From an uncultured bacterium (GTDB taxonomy: Bacteria; Patescibacteriota; Patescibacteriia; CAIQCM01): a stretch of 64,000 bases of DNA. A program made the position numbers and the translations under genes. The notes under the pieces were generated by a model. It saw nothing but the letters and a program-made list of their open reading frames with translations. It did no database searches and was not told where the DNA came from. The stretch spans positions 1,061,443 through 1,125,442 of the forward strand of contig OY970181.1 of assembly GCA_963708045.1 (NCBI GenBank), in the 5' to 3' direction. Each line of letters opens with the position of its first letter. Within the stretch, counting starts at the first letter, position 1. This document shows, piece by piece, positions 20,018 to 29,996 of the stretch.

Positions 20018-21226
20018 TTAAAAGTTTTTTAGCTTGCCGTAGAGCGGCTTAACGCCGGGCAAAATTTTCCCTTCCAAATATTCAAGCATTGCGCCGCCGC
20101 CGGTTGAGATATGATCAACATATTGACTCATTCCCGATTGTTTAACCGCTTCAACCGTTTCGCCGCCGCCAACCACACCCATCGCACGCCCCTTGCTTCG
20201 CGCGGCAATTATTTTTGCGAGCGCCATTGTGCCATGACTGTAACGCGAATCTTCAAACATCCCGACGGGGCCATTCCAAACAATCGTTTTTGCTTTTTTA
20301 AAAAGCATTGCCCAGGCCAAAATTGTCCGCGGACCAATGTCGTAAACCGCTTCATTTTTTAGACAGATGGCAAACGGATCTTTGGTCGCAACGGGAACGA
20401 CGCGAGCGCGTCCAGGGCGCCCGCTCGCCGGACCAACAACAACATCAACTGGCGTTTGGACATTTTTGAAACGCAGAATTTTTTTTGCCGCTTTTTCTTC
20501 GTCAGCGTCCACACCCGATTCGCCAACACCAAAGCCACGCGCCGTAAGCAAAGCGTTTGCGAGTCCGCCGCCAACAAAAACAATTGAAAACTCTTTTGCC
20601 AATTTGCTAATGAGACCAATCTTGGTGTTAATTTTAGCGCCGCCGATCATGGCAATGGACGGCTTTTCCGGTTTTCCGGCAATGTGTCCCAAAACAGCAA
20701 GTTCGCGCTCCATAAGCAGGCCAGCATACGAAGGAAGGTAGCGGGTAATGGCCGAGACCGAGGCGTGTGCCCGATGCGACACGGCAAAACCGTCGTTAAC
20801 GTAGACATCGGCAAACGAGGCGAGAAGTTTGGCAAACGAACCGCTGTTTGATTCTTCGCCGCGGTCAAAGCGCAAATTTTCCAACATAAATATTTGTCCG
20901 GAAACAGCAGAAGAAAGCGCGGTGGGAATTTCTTTGTCAGAAAACGATTGTGGCAAAAAGGTAATTATCTTTCCGGAAATTTGCGCCAAGCGTTTGGCAA
21001 TGGGCGCGAGCGAAAAGTTTTTTTCTCGTCCGGTCGGACGGCCAAGGTGGGAAATAATCACGGTTATTGCGCCGCGGGCAGAAAGATACGAAAGCGTCGG
21101 CAAAATTGCCCACAGACGCTCGGCGTCGGCGACCTCGCCCTTTACAAACGGAACATTGGCGTCAACGCGCAAAAGAACCCGCTTGCCGCGGAGATCCTTA
21201 ATTTCGCGAATCGTGCGAAGGTTCAT
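20018..21226 (-). CDS. pgk: Phosphoglycerate kinase
   Basis: RVDANVP, SHLGRP, LENLRF, HRAHAS, GGAK, WNGPVG, HISTGGGA. Confidence 0.97.
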   Translation of the reverse strand: MNLRTIREIKDLRGKRVLLRVDANVPFVKGEVADAERLWAILPTLSYLSARGAITVIISHLGRPTGREKNFSLAPIAKRLAQISGKIITFLPQSFSDKEIPTALSSAVSGQIFMLENLRFDRGEESNSGSFAKLLASFADVYVNDGFAVSHRAHASVSAITRYLPSYAGLLMERELAVLGHIAGKPEKPSIAMIGGAKINTKIGLISKLAKEFSIVFVGGGLANALLTARGFGVGESGVDADEEKAAKKILRFKNVQTPVDVVVGPASGRPGRARVVPVATKDPFAICLKNEAVYDIGPRTILAWAMLFKKAKTIVWNGPVGMFEDSRYSHGTMALAKIIAARSKGRAMGVVGGGETVEAVKQSGMSQYVDHISTGGGAMLEYLEGKILPGVKPLYGKLKNF

Positions 21227-21301
21227 AGTTTAATATTATATCACAAAAAACAATTGAGTAACGCGCGGTCGCCTTCGTGACGGAACCCGCTAATCCTAAT
21301 T

Positions 21302-21784
21302 CTAGAAATTCAAGAAGCGTCCGACCGCACTAATAAACAAGTCTGGAGTATGACGCAACGCGCCTCGCAACTCCGTCACCGTGAACCATCTTACTTCGGC
21401 GACTTCCTCATATGCGATTCTAAAATTACACGCTGGCTCGTCCATCTTGCCATAGAACCACTGCAAAAAGTACGTTGTGTCACGTTCAACAAGCTCTTTC
21501 ATTCCTGGAACTACTTGTATCGAAACGACGCCAAGTTCCTCCTGGATCTCTCTAAGCATATTTTCCAAATACGACTCGCCTTTTTCCACCGTCCCAGTTA
21601 CTGCCGGTCCCCATTTACCCGCACCCTGTCTTTTTTTCAACGCTCTCTTGGCCAGCAGGACATCTCCCTTTGAGTTGGTAAGCCAGAGGGCGGTGACGCG
21701 GTATATTTCATCGCGGCCAATCGCGGTCCTTTCCTTGCTCCCGACTAACTGGTCATGCCTATCAAACAATGGAATTTCCGACAT
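21302..21784 (-). CDS. NUDIX hydrolase
   Basis: GTVEKGESY..MLREIQEELGV Nudix box. Confidence 0.9.
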   Translation of the reverse strand: MSEIPLFDRHDQLVGSKERTAIGRDEIYRVTALWLTNSKGDVLLAKRALKKRQGAGKWGPAVTGTVEKGESYLENMLREIQEELGVVSIQVVPGMKELVERDTTYFLQWFYGKMDEPACNFRIAYEEVAEVRWFTVTELRGALRHTPDLFISAVGRFLNF

Positions 21785-21885
21785 ATAATATGCAAATGCA
21801 GATCTGTATTATATCATTGTTACACATGGGATGTACAAAAAGCCGTCCAAGGAGAGCCTTGGACGGCTACGAGGATTGTCGTGCA

Positions 21886-22194
21886 CTACAGGGTAGCGAT
21901 GTCGACGCCTAGGTCAGCACGAAGTCTTGGCGCAACTCTGCCGAGGACCGCAATCCCATTCTTAGAAGAACAATATCGCGCCGATGTCCCGTTTGACCGG
22001 GTGACTCGTACCCATCCGCGACTCTCCAAGACCTCAAGGACATCCTGGAACCCCAGATTCCAGGGTAAAACAAAAGGTACCTCGGGGTGGGCCTGGCGCA
22101 GGGACATGATTGCTTGGGCGATTTGGTCAATGGTTCGCTCGTCCTTACGGATCGATGCAAGAAGCAGATAAGGCGTTAGCTCTACGTCGCTCAT
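21886..22194 (-). CDS. Small winged-helix-like hypothetical protein
   Basis: Strong SD (AGGAGGAG); LEVLESRGWV...ARY pattern. Confidence 0.55.
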   Translation of the reverse strand: MSDVELTPYLLLASIRKDERTIDQIAQAIMSLRQAHPEVPFVLPWNLGFQDVLEVLESRGWVRVTRSNGTSARYCSSKNGIAVLGRVAPRLRADLGVDIATL

Positions 22195-22365
22195 GTAAGT
22201 CTCCCTCCTACCCGAACATTAGCGCAGTTTTCTCGCAAACACAAATATCCCCCGACACCAACCAAAGTCAATTCTATCACCCCAGAAGTACCGGTTTCTT
22301 CGCTTTAATTTGGCAAAAACGATAGATGCTGCCGAGCCTTGCTCTCAGTACGGGCGAATATTATA

Positions 22366-23583
22366 TCACAAAACCGACCGGTATATTTCCATTATCTTTT
22401 GATAGTGGTCAGCCGGGTCGTAAAGCTTAATCGCGCGCTCGCGGCCAAGATACCCCATCCGGCGAATTAGCGGCTCGTTTTTGGCGAGATCGCGAATGGC
22501 GTCGGCGAGCGCCACGGCATCACCGGGCGGCGTGAGGATGCCGGTTTCGCCGTTTACCACGTTCTCGGGAAGCGCACCAATTGCGCTTGCAATAACCGGC
22601 TTTCCCATTGCCGCCGCTTCAATCGCCGTCAGACCAAAAGTTTCGTACGAAAGCGATGGCACGACAACAAAACGCGAAGCACTAACTGCTGCAAGCACGT
22701 CGTGATGACTCATTGACCCGACCAATTCCACGTTCTTAAGCCCCGCAGTTTTAATATATTCTTTAAGACGTTTTTCCATCGGCCCCGTGCCAACCACCTT
22801 AAGCCGAACTTCAGGTACGCGTTCCATTGCCGCAAAAAGCGTGCCAATTCCTTTTTCTTCAGAAAGACCGCCGACATAAATTATTTCCGCGCCCGGCTCA
22901 AAATTTGGTTCATAAAATTGCGCGTCTATAAAATGCGGGACAACGGAAATTTTTCCACTCCCCCTCCCCCACTCGGCAAATTTCTTTTTTACAAATTCAG
23001 ACGGCGCAATAAGTTTGGTAACCAGCCGCTCGTCCAAACCAGCCATATAATGATAACGATATGCAGCCGCGTCCAGTGCCGAAGCAACAAACGAATTTTT
23101 TACGCAGCGGTGCAAAATCGCCGCCGAATAATGACGAGGTTTTACTCGCTCGCAAGGCGCGCCGTGATCAAAAAGTCCGTAAGACGGCGAAAGATACGCA
23201 TAATCGTGAAGCGTTTGCACAATTGGAATCTTCGCCTCGTTAAGCGCCACGAGCACCGAAGGCGAAAGTTGGTGATAAATATTATGAAGATGAGCAACGT
23301 CCGGCTTATAGACGCGAATAAGATCAGTAAGTTTGCGTTTGGCCTCAAACGAATAAAAAAGCCGCCCCGAGGCCTTGATCGCATTCCAGCCGATTCGCGG
23401 ATGCTCCAATTCCACGCGTGAAACAAAAAACCGATCCGATTCGGCGCGAACATTTTGCGGATCTTTCATCGCAAACGGAACAACGTAGTGGCCGTTCTTT
23501 TCCAACAAATCTTCCAACGCGAACATATATCGCTCGGCACCGCGTTTTTGAAAATAAAATTTATTTATGGAAAGGATCTTCAC
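22366..23583 (-). CDS. Glycosyltransferase family 4
   Basis: GAERY, HLHNIYH, TLHDY, LSEEKG, ETFGLTAIEA..GKPVI. Confidence 0.93.
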   Translation of the reverse strand: MKILSINKFYFQKRGAERYMFALEDLLEKNGHYVVPFAMKDPQNVRAESDRFFVSRVELEHPRIGWNAIKASGRLFYSFEAKRKLTDLIRVYKPDVAHLHNIYHQLSPSVLVALNEAKIPIVQTLHDYAYLSPSYGLFDHGAPCERVKPRHYSAAILHRCVKNSFVASALDAAAYRYHYMAGLDERLVTKLIAPSEFVKKKFAEWGRGSGKISVVPHFIDAQFYEPNFEPGAEIIYVGGLSEEKGIGTLFAAMERVPEVRLKVVGTGPMEKRLKEYIKTAGLKNVELVGSMSHHDVLAAVSASRFVVVPSLSYETFGLTAIEAAAMGKPVIASAIGALPENVVNGETGILTPPGDAVALADAIRDLAKNEPLIRRMGYLGRERAIKLYDPADHYQKIMEIYRSVL

Positions 23584-25121
23584 ACGGAAATTTCTTCGCG
23601 TTTAGCGATAACAAAAATTAACGCGGCAAAAAAGAAAAGATAAAGCGCCAGCGTTCGCACCTCTAGGTACGATCCAAGAAACGCCTGGAACATCACGGCT
23701 GAAAACGCGCCAATGTAGCCCAAAGCCAAACCGCGATTAAACGAATCGTCCGAATGTTTGTAAAGCCGCCATGCGGTTCTGACCATAAACGACATAAGGA
23801 GCACGTATACGATAATACCCATTGTGCCGAGTTCACCCCAAAGCGACATCCAGTTTGAATCTATTTGCCCGTCGGTTCCATAAACGCCGAAAGGAAGGCC
23901 GAGCCGGTCATAAGCAGTTGTATTGTGAAGCGCCGCCGCCGCGCCGCCGCCAAACATTCCCGGACCAAGACCAAAAAATGGCGCAGCGGGAACAACAACG
24001 CGCGGCGTTTGAATGAGCCAATAGACCCGGCCAAGACCGTAATATTCGCCTTGCAAACGTTCGGGCGAAAACGCTTCAAAAAATCTTTCGGTAATTGTTT
24101 GTTGCGGCACATCGGTAAGCAGACGAAGAACAACACGATCATACAAATAAAATGAAACAACAATTGCCGCAAAAATTCCAAGCACAGCCGCGACGCGGCG
24201 ATCACGTTTAATAAAGAGGCCAATGACGACAAAGCCGAGCAGAAAACCAAACCACGAAGCGCGCGAATAAGTTAAAACAAGCGCCGAAATTCCGACCAAA
24301 AAGAAAACCCAAAGCCAGCGGTGCTCTTCCCGTTTTTTAAATTCATAGGCAAAACCCAAACCAATAAGCAGAAAAAAACATAAAAACGTTCCCAGCTGAT
24401 CGTAACGACCCATTGTTGCAAAAATACGTTCGCCAGGCGCCCAAAATTGTTCCACGCCGGCGGTTAATTGAATACTTTCATAAAAACGGCTGCCCGAAGG
24501 AAGAAGAAAAGTATCAATCGCGCCGTGAAGTGCCGCCTGAAGTACACCAAGGATTGATTCAAAAAAAGCAACACCAAACAAGATGTAAACCGTTTCGCGA
24601 ATTCGTTTCTTGGGCGGCGCCAAGTAACTAACCGCAAAGAACAAAATCATATAGCGAATAATCTGCCTTACCCCGAGCGCGGCCACGCCCAAAGGAACAA
24701 GATTAACAATAACCGACGCGGCAAGCGTGACAAGCAAAAGAACAAACGGCAAGTTTAACGGCGTATACGGCACGCTGCCATTTTCAATAACGACGTGAAC
24801 AATAACGAGCACAGCAAGAATATAAACCGCGACTTCGGGGAAATACCGCGCAAAAACATAAAGCTCGTTTGGAACAAACTTTAGAAGAAACGGCTCAAAG
24901 ACAGTCCAGATAGCAATGGCCACCGCGAGAAAATACGGACGGCAAACAGCAAGCGCAATAACGCCGATTGTAAGTATGGCCGCAAGAACCGTATATGGCG
25001 AAACAAATCCAACCGAAGCGCAAAGAACAACAGCACAACCAATAACCGCCCAAAAAATACGGCGTTCAAACGGCGTGCGCAAATTGATTGCTCCGGCTAA
25101 TTTTTCTGATAAATTAGGCAT
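23580..25121 (-). CDS. O-antigen ligase/polymerase-family membrane protein
   Basis: Polytopic; LTYSRASW, PFFGLGPG, DSNW..LWGELG. Confidence 0.85.
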   Translation of the reverse strand: MPNLSEKLAGAINLRTPFERRIFWAVIGCAVVLCASVGFVSPYTVLAAILTIGVIALAVCRPYFLAVAIAIWTVFEPFLLKFVPNELYVFARYFPEVAVYILAVLVIVHVVIENGSVPYTPLNLPFVLLLVTLAASVIVNLVPLGVAALGVRQIIRYMILFFAVSYLAPPKKRIRETVYILFGVAFFESILGVLQAALHGAIDTFLLPSGSRFYESIQLTAGVEQFWAPGERIFATMGRYDQLGTFLCFFLLIGLGFAYEFKKREEHRWLWVFFLVGISALVLTYSRASWFGFLLGFVVIGLFIKRDRRVAAVLGIFAAIVVSFYLYDRVVLRLLTDVPQQTITERFFEAFSPERLQGEYYGLGRVYWLIQTPRVVVPAAPFFGLGPGMFGGGAAAALHNTTAYDRLGLPFGVYGTDGQIDSNWMSLWGELGTMGIIVYVLLMSFMVRTAWRLYKHSDDSFNRGLALGYIGAFSAVMFQAFLGSYLEVRTLALYLFFFAALIFVIAKREEISV

Positions 25122-25285
25122 TGAATATTATTATAACATGAAAACAGAGATTAGAGATTGGAGATTAGATGTTAGAAGATGGGTGCAGGTTTTCCATTAT
25201 TTAAATAAAAAGGCGGTGAGAGAATCCTTGAAGGACTCTTTCACCGCCCGCCTTGCGCGCGAATCGCCAAGACTACTTGCGACGA

Positions 25286-27568
25286 CTACGGACTAGCAGT
25301 CGCGTCAATGATGCAACCCCACTTTGGGATTTCCCGACAAACCTCACCCGACGCCGTCCGACACATTCCACAACCCGCGCGAACACAACCGTTAATCGTC
25401 CACGACCGCAGGCCAAAATAAATTCTCTGGCCCGCCGCCGTGATCACGTATGGCGTAAACTTGGTCAACTGAAGACCATCGGCCACAAGCGGCGTGTTGT
25501 TATTGGTTAGCGTGAGATTATCACTCCAAACAATTGGCGACACAACCGTTGTCTTGTGGTAACACGACGACACCCAGCACGAATCCAAATCAGCACCAAT
25601 CCCCGCTCCCACGTATGCCTCCGATACTGGCGGCGCTCCAGCAAGCCCATCAGCGAGCAAGCCTGTCACCACGATCGCCACCCTAATGTGCGGACCTTCG
25701 CGCGTGCAGGTAATTGTTCCCTGTGAAGGTGGCGGCTCACCCCATTCCGGCGAAAAAATAATCCCACCATCGGTAACTTCCGCATCGGCGAAAATCGCGA
25801 CGTCGCTTGTGGCAACGGCATCAAAATTCGCATCTGCCACACTCACATCAACACCGGCATCAGTTGACGAACCGCTACTACCACCGATTCCACCAGTACC
25901 ACCAGCGTCCAACGCCGAACCACCACTTCCACCAGAACTACTTGCTCCGCCAACAGAACCAGCACCACCGCTTGTTCCCCCGGAAACACCACCGGTTCCG
26001 CTTGTTCCGCCACTTGATGTACTTCCGCCGGTTGCCGAACTTCCACCAACACCACCAAGGCCACCGTCAGAATTTACAACAACAGCTTCACACCCATCGG
26101 CCGGATTATTGTTTGCGTCCGTCCAACCTGGCACACAGTGAAAGACAGCGCACTTCCCTAGAACGCAAGCGTCAACCGCCGAATGGCGGCTAAACCCCAG
26201 GTTTGGGAATGAACAATCATTTCCACACGCCCCGCAGTTCTTGGTGTCGTTTTCCAAATCCCATTCCAAGTCATCCACAACACCGTTGCAATCGTTATCG
26301 TGATGATCACACACCCTAACGCCATCTGTCGTCGACAAACAAGCGTACTCGCAACCGTCTTTGGGACGGTTGTTCGCATTCCAATAAAGCGGTTCACATT
26401 TCCCTATCTCACAAACCCCAGCAACACAGAGCGCGACGGCGTGATCAAAATCACACACCTTTCCACACTCTCCGCAATTCTTTGGATCATTTTGCTTGTT
26501 CCAAAGATCATCCACAATACCATTGCAATCATCATCCTTGCCGTTGCAAGTTTCAATTGTTGGGAGAACAACTTTGTTGACGACATCTTTGTCACACTCG
26601 GCCGGCCACACACCTTCCTTGCAGGTCATAATCCCAACACGACACTCGCCCAAGGTCAGAAGTTTCCCAGCCATATCGGTTGCGCCGCACGACCGTTGGT
26701 TACCATCGTGACATTCGCAACCATCATCAACGACACCACTGCAGTTGTTGTCAAGGTTGTCGTCACAACGCTCTTCGCTTGCTTTATTATGCGACCCATC
26801 TGGCGCAACCGAACAAATGACGCCGTTTTTTTCTTCGTTGCATTCATACACCCCGCCAACACAAACTCCAAGTCCATTGCAGGCGATCCCGACTGGGAAT
26901 CCTTCATCAGCAAACCCATTGCAGTTGTTGTCTTTGCCGTCGCAAATTTCTTTGGACGGTTTAGTGTCTCCGGCGCAGTCGGTCCACAAACCCTTAACGC
27001 ACACCTTTGTCCCTTCGTGACACGCGCCGATTTTTGATCCGCAAGCTATCTGTTCGCCTGTATGGAAAACGATGCCGTTTTCGTAACAAGGCGCGTCTTC
27101 GGGCGGAAGAACTTGAGTAACATTGATGATAATGACGCCCGGCGCGTCAGCCGCACCAGCATCCGGCGAAAAAGCAGCAGTACACTTCGTGAAACCTTTT
27201 CCGTCAAGCTCGCAATACTGTTTGCCCGACTCCTGATTTGGCTTATCGCCCGGGCGATAGCAGGCGCGGAACGAACCCGGAACGCAGTCAGACGGGTTTG
27301 CACTCGTCGCTGTTTCCGTTCCTGTTCCAATTATCGCAACCGTGTTGGTAACAACATTAGTTACCGTGCTCGCCGTCGCGATCGCGGAACTCGTTCCCGA
27401 TCCCGTCGCGATTGTTGACGACGTTGACGTTGTCGCCACTCCGGTTTCCGTGGTTGTGCAAATGCTTGTTCCCGAGGACGAGTTTGTTCCAGCTTTGCTT
27501 GTCGTTTTGACTTGTCCTCCACAGCCAATTACGAACACCAAAATTCCAAACCAGTACCTTTGCTTCAT
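25286..27568 (-). CDS. Cys-rich lipoprotein with MopE-like 'CDGxDNNCNG' repeats and Gly/Thr-rich linkers (myxobacteria-like)
   Basis: Lipobox VFVIGC; EICDGKDNNCNG, CDDNLDNNCSG, CNGKDDDCNG, CDHHDNDCNG; NDPKNCGECG repeats; DAG linkers. Confidence 0.85.
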   Translation of the reverse strand: MKQRYWFGILVFVIGCGGQVKTTSKAGTNSSSGTSICTTTETGVATTSTSSTIATGSGTSSAIATASTVTNVVTNTVAIIGTGTETATSANPSDCVPGSFRACYRPGDKPNQESGKQYCELDGKGFTKCTAAFSPDAGAADAPGVIIINVTQVLPPEDAPCYENGIVFHTGEQIACGSKIGACHEGTKVCVKGLWTDCAGDTKPSKEICDGKDNNCNGFADEGFPVGIACNGLGVCVGGVYECNEEKNGVICSVAPDGSHNKASEERCDDNLDNNCSGVVDDGCECHDGNQRSCGATDMAGKLLTLGECRVGIMTCKEGVWPAECDKDVVNKVVLPTIETCNGKDDDCNGIVDDLWNKQNDPKNCGECGKVCDFDHAVALCVAGVCEIGKCEPLYWNANNRPKDGCEYACLSTTDGVRVCDHHDNDCNGVVDDLEWDLENDTKNCGACGNDCSFPNLGFSRHSAVDACVLGKCAVFHCVPGWTDANNNPADGCEAVVVNSDGGLGGVGGSSATGGSTSSGGTSGTGGVSGGTSGGAGSVGGASSSGGSGGSALDAGGTGGIGGSSGSSTDAGVDVSVADANFDAVATSDVAIFADAEVTDGGIIFSPEWGEPPPSQGTITCTREGPHIRVAIVVTGLLADGLAGAPPVSEAYVGAGIGADLDSCWVSSCYHKTTVVSPIVWSDNLTLTNNNTPLVADGLQLTKFTPYVITAAGQRIYFGLRSWTINGCVRAGCGMCRTASGEVCREIPKWGCIIDATASP

Positions 27569-27857
27569 TGGGCTATCCGATCCTTTCTTTTCGTTACGTT
27601 TGTATCTTTACACATTGCGCCAGGCCAAACGCAATATGATTGTCAAAAAACATATTCTGACCTGATGCACATTCTCCTATTCGCACATCAGACCGCAATA
27701 TTCAGCTAAATATATGGATAGCAATAACGTCAAAATTTACCGCTAAAATGCGTTTGTGTCAAATAACAAAAAATAGCCCGTAGGCTATAAGGCTATAAAT
27801 AAAGAGGCGCGGCAAAGGAGTGTTCCTTTGCCGCGCTCTCGAGAAACGATCGCTAGT

Positions 27858-29654
27858 CTATGGCTGGCGGACAAACCCACCGGTCATTGACTTGCAAATC
27901 CCAGTGACCGCCAACCCCTGAACACCTTCCATTGAATTCTGCAACCAGCGGTCAGCAGTTGCAGGACCGACACCGACCAAGTTGAACACTTGGCCGATGT
28001 TCTGTATCGGCATCACCGGAATTTCGTAGCGAGCCAGGGCTCCCCACGTTGCCGTTGCACAGTAGCTACGACTTCCCCACGTTCCCAGCGCGTCACCCTC
28101 AAAACACACCTGCGTCGGTGTACCGAAAGCGCTGTTTATCCCCTGCCCCATCATATTGTCCGTGGTAAGACCTAGACCTGCGACGCCGTAAAGCGTGATG
28201 TAGACGCTGGATCCAACCAACTGACAATCCAGAGCTGCGACTGCGCCAGCCGGAACCGGTGAAGGTGCCGGGCGACCATCTGTCGTCGCGTCGTGTGACA
28301 CGATTGTGTCTGGACTTCCAGCGTCGGGAGTTGTTCCCGTACCAGTGGAAGTTGCCGTCGCGGTCAAAGTGACCGTTACGGCATCAGGCGTGCCGGCGTC
28401 CACGGTGGTCGCTGTACCCGTGCCAGTTCCCGTTCCGGTTCCGGTACTAGTCGGAGTTGACGTTGTCGTCGTCCCCGTACTTGTCGCCGTGACCGTTGCC
28501 GTCGCTGCTGTACCTGTTCCAGTTCCAGTCGCCGTGGACGTTCCCGATGGTTCACAAACCACCTTAAGAACCCCACCCACCAAACGACACACAAACCGTC
28601 CGTTATAGACTCCAGATGATGGCGAGCATTCCTCACCTTTCCTAACCAAATCCCCATCAAACTGACAGAGTGAGATTCCGGCGTCCACAGTGGTCGCCGT
28701 GCCTGTTCCGGTTCCGGTTGAAGTCGGAGTTGACGTTGTTGACGTCGTCCCCGTGCTCGTTGCCGTTACCGTTGCCGTCGCCGTGATACCTGTTCCCGTT
28801 CCTGTTCCTGTCGTCGTGTTTGTTGGAACGCTTGATGGTTCACATACCACCTTGAGGGTTCCACCAATCTGACGACACACATACCGACCGCTATCAACTC
28901 CCGGCGTTGGCGAACAAGTTTCACTCCTCCGAACCAAATCCCCATCCGCCAAACAGGTCGGAACAACAACTTCAATCCCCGTACCGGTGGAGGTTGCCGT
29001 AGCCGTGACGACTATTGCCGTTGCGATCGCGGTTCCCGTCGTGTTTACACCCGACGGTTCGCACTTCATCTGAAGACCAGACGAAGTCGTTCGGCAAACA
29101 AACCTTCCATTGTCCACTCCCGGCGTTGGCGAGCAGGAGACACCCCTACGAACCAACTCCCCCTCGGCCGTGCAGGGATTTTCAACAACCACGTTGATGA
29201 TGACCGTACTGTCTACGTTCGCTGCACTGTCGGCAGTCTGAACGATTCCGCCGTCAGTAGGACACCCTTTGCACTCACCCCAGACATTCTCCCTGGTGCA
29301 AGTCTTGACCCCAAGTCCACTACCATCACAGTCACACTGCAACGTAGTGTTCGTGGAGCACTGCAGCACGATGATCTGCGCGTCCAACTTGGGCGCGATG
29401 ATCACGGTGTCCGGCGTTGGCGCGGGTGCGTCAACGGTGACGATTGGCGCCGCATCAACGGGCGCATCAGGAACGGTGACGACGATTGGAGCTGTGTCAG
29501 CGGACTGAGTGCCCGTATCAACAGCGACCTTCACGTCACTGCGGCCGGCGTCGGCCTTGGTTGCGGGTTTATCACCCGCGATTTCAGCGCCGCAGCCGAT
29601 GGTCAGGAACAACGAAACGATTCCGAAACACGATACAAGACGATTGGACTTCAT
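27858..29654 (-). CDS. Cys/Thr-rich lipoprotein with three tandem ~38-aa Cys repeats
   Basis: SD AAGGAGG before ATG 29654; lipobox LTIGC; 3x C..(D/E)G(D/E)LVR...CSP..GV..GR(F/Y)VCR...CEPS; TGTGT tracts. Confidence 0.85.
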   Translation of the reverse strand: MKSNRLVSCFGIVSLFLTIGCGAEIAGDKPATKADAGRSDVKVAVDTGTQSADTAPIVVTVPDAPVDAAPIVTVDAPAPTPDTVIIAPKLDAQIIVLQCSTNTTLQCDCDGSGLGVKTCTRENVWGECKGCPTDGGIVQTADSAANVDSTVIINVVVENPCTAEGELVRRGVSCSPTPGVDNGRFVCRTTSSGLQMKCEPSGVNTTGTAIATAIVVTATATSTGTGIEVVVPTCLADGDLVRRSETCSPTPGVDSGRYVCRQIGGTLKVVCEPSSVPTNTTTGTGTGTGITATATVTATSTGTTSTTSTPTSTGTGTGTATTVDAGISLCQFDGDLVRKGEECSPSSGVYNGRFVCRLVGGVLKVVCEPSGTSTATGTGTGTAATATVTATSTGTTTTSTPTSTGTGTGTGTGTATTVDAGTPDAVTVTLTATATSTGTGTTPDAGSPDTIVSHDATTDGRPAPSPVPAGAVAALDCQLVGSSVYITLYGVAGLGLTTDNMMGQGINSAFGTPTQVCFEGDALGTWGSRSYCATATWGALARYEIPVMPIQNIGQVFNLVGVGPATADRWLQNSMEGVQGLAVTGICKSMTGGFVRQP

Positions 29655-29996
29655 GACGATCCTCCTTGAAATGGTTGGGGTTGGCATACCGCCCCTTCTA
29701 TACAGATTGTGATCCACGGTATGCCAACCGCGGGAAATACGAGGCATCTTTTTATGCCCTTGGATAGAGTAAAACCCCCTCCAAACGCACAAAATTAGCT
29801 ATTTTTATAACTCACTAATCTATCACAAAATGACGGATTTGTCAACACCCCCCCGAACTAGGGTTTAGGGGCTAGGGTTTAGGGGCTAGTTTTGAATTAA
29901 ATCTAGATATTTTTCTTATTCAAATTCAGTTATAAAAGAAAAGAGGCCTTCATACATTTCTGTATAAAGGCCCCCGCGATTCAAGATCCACTTCTC

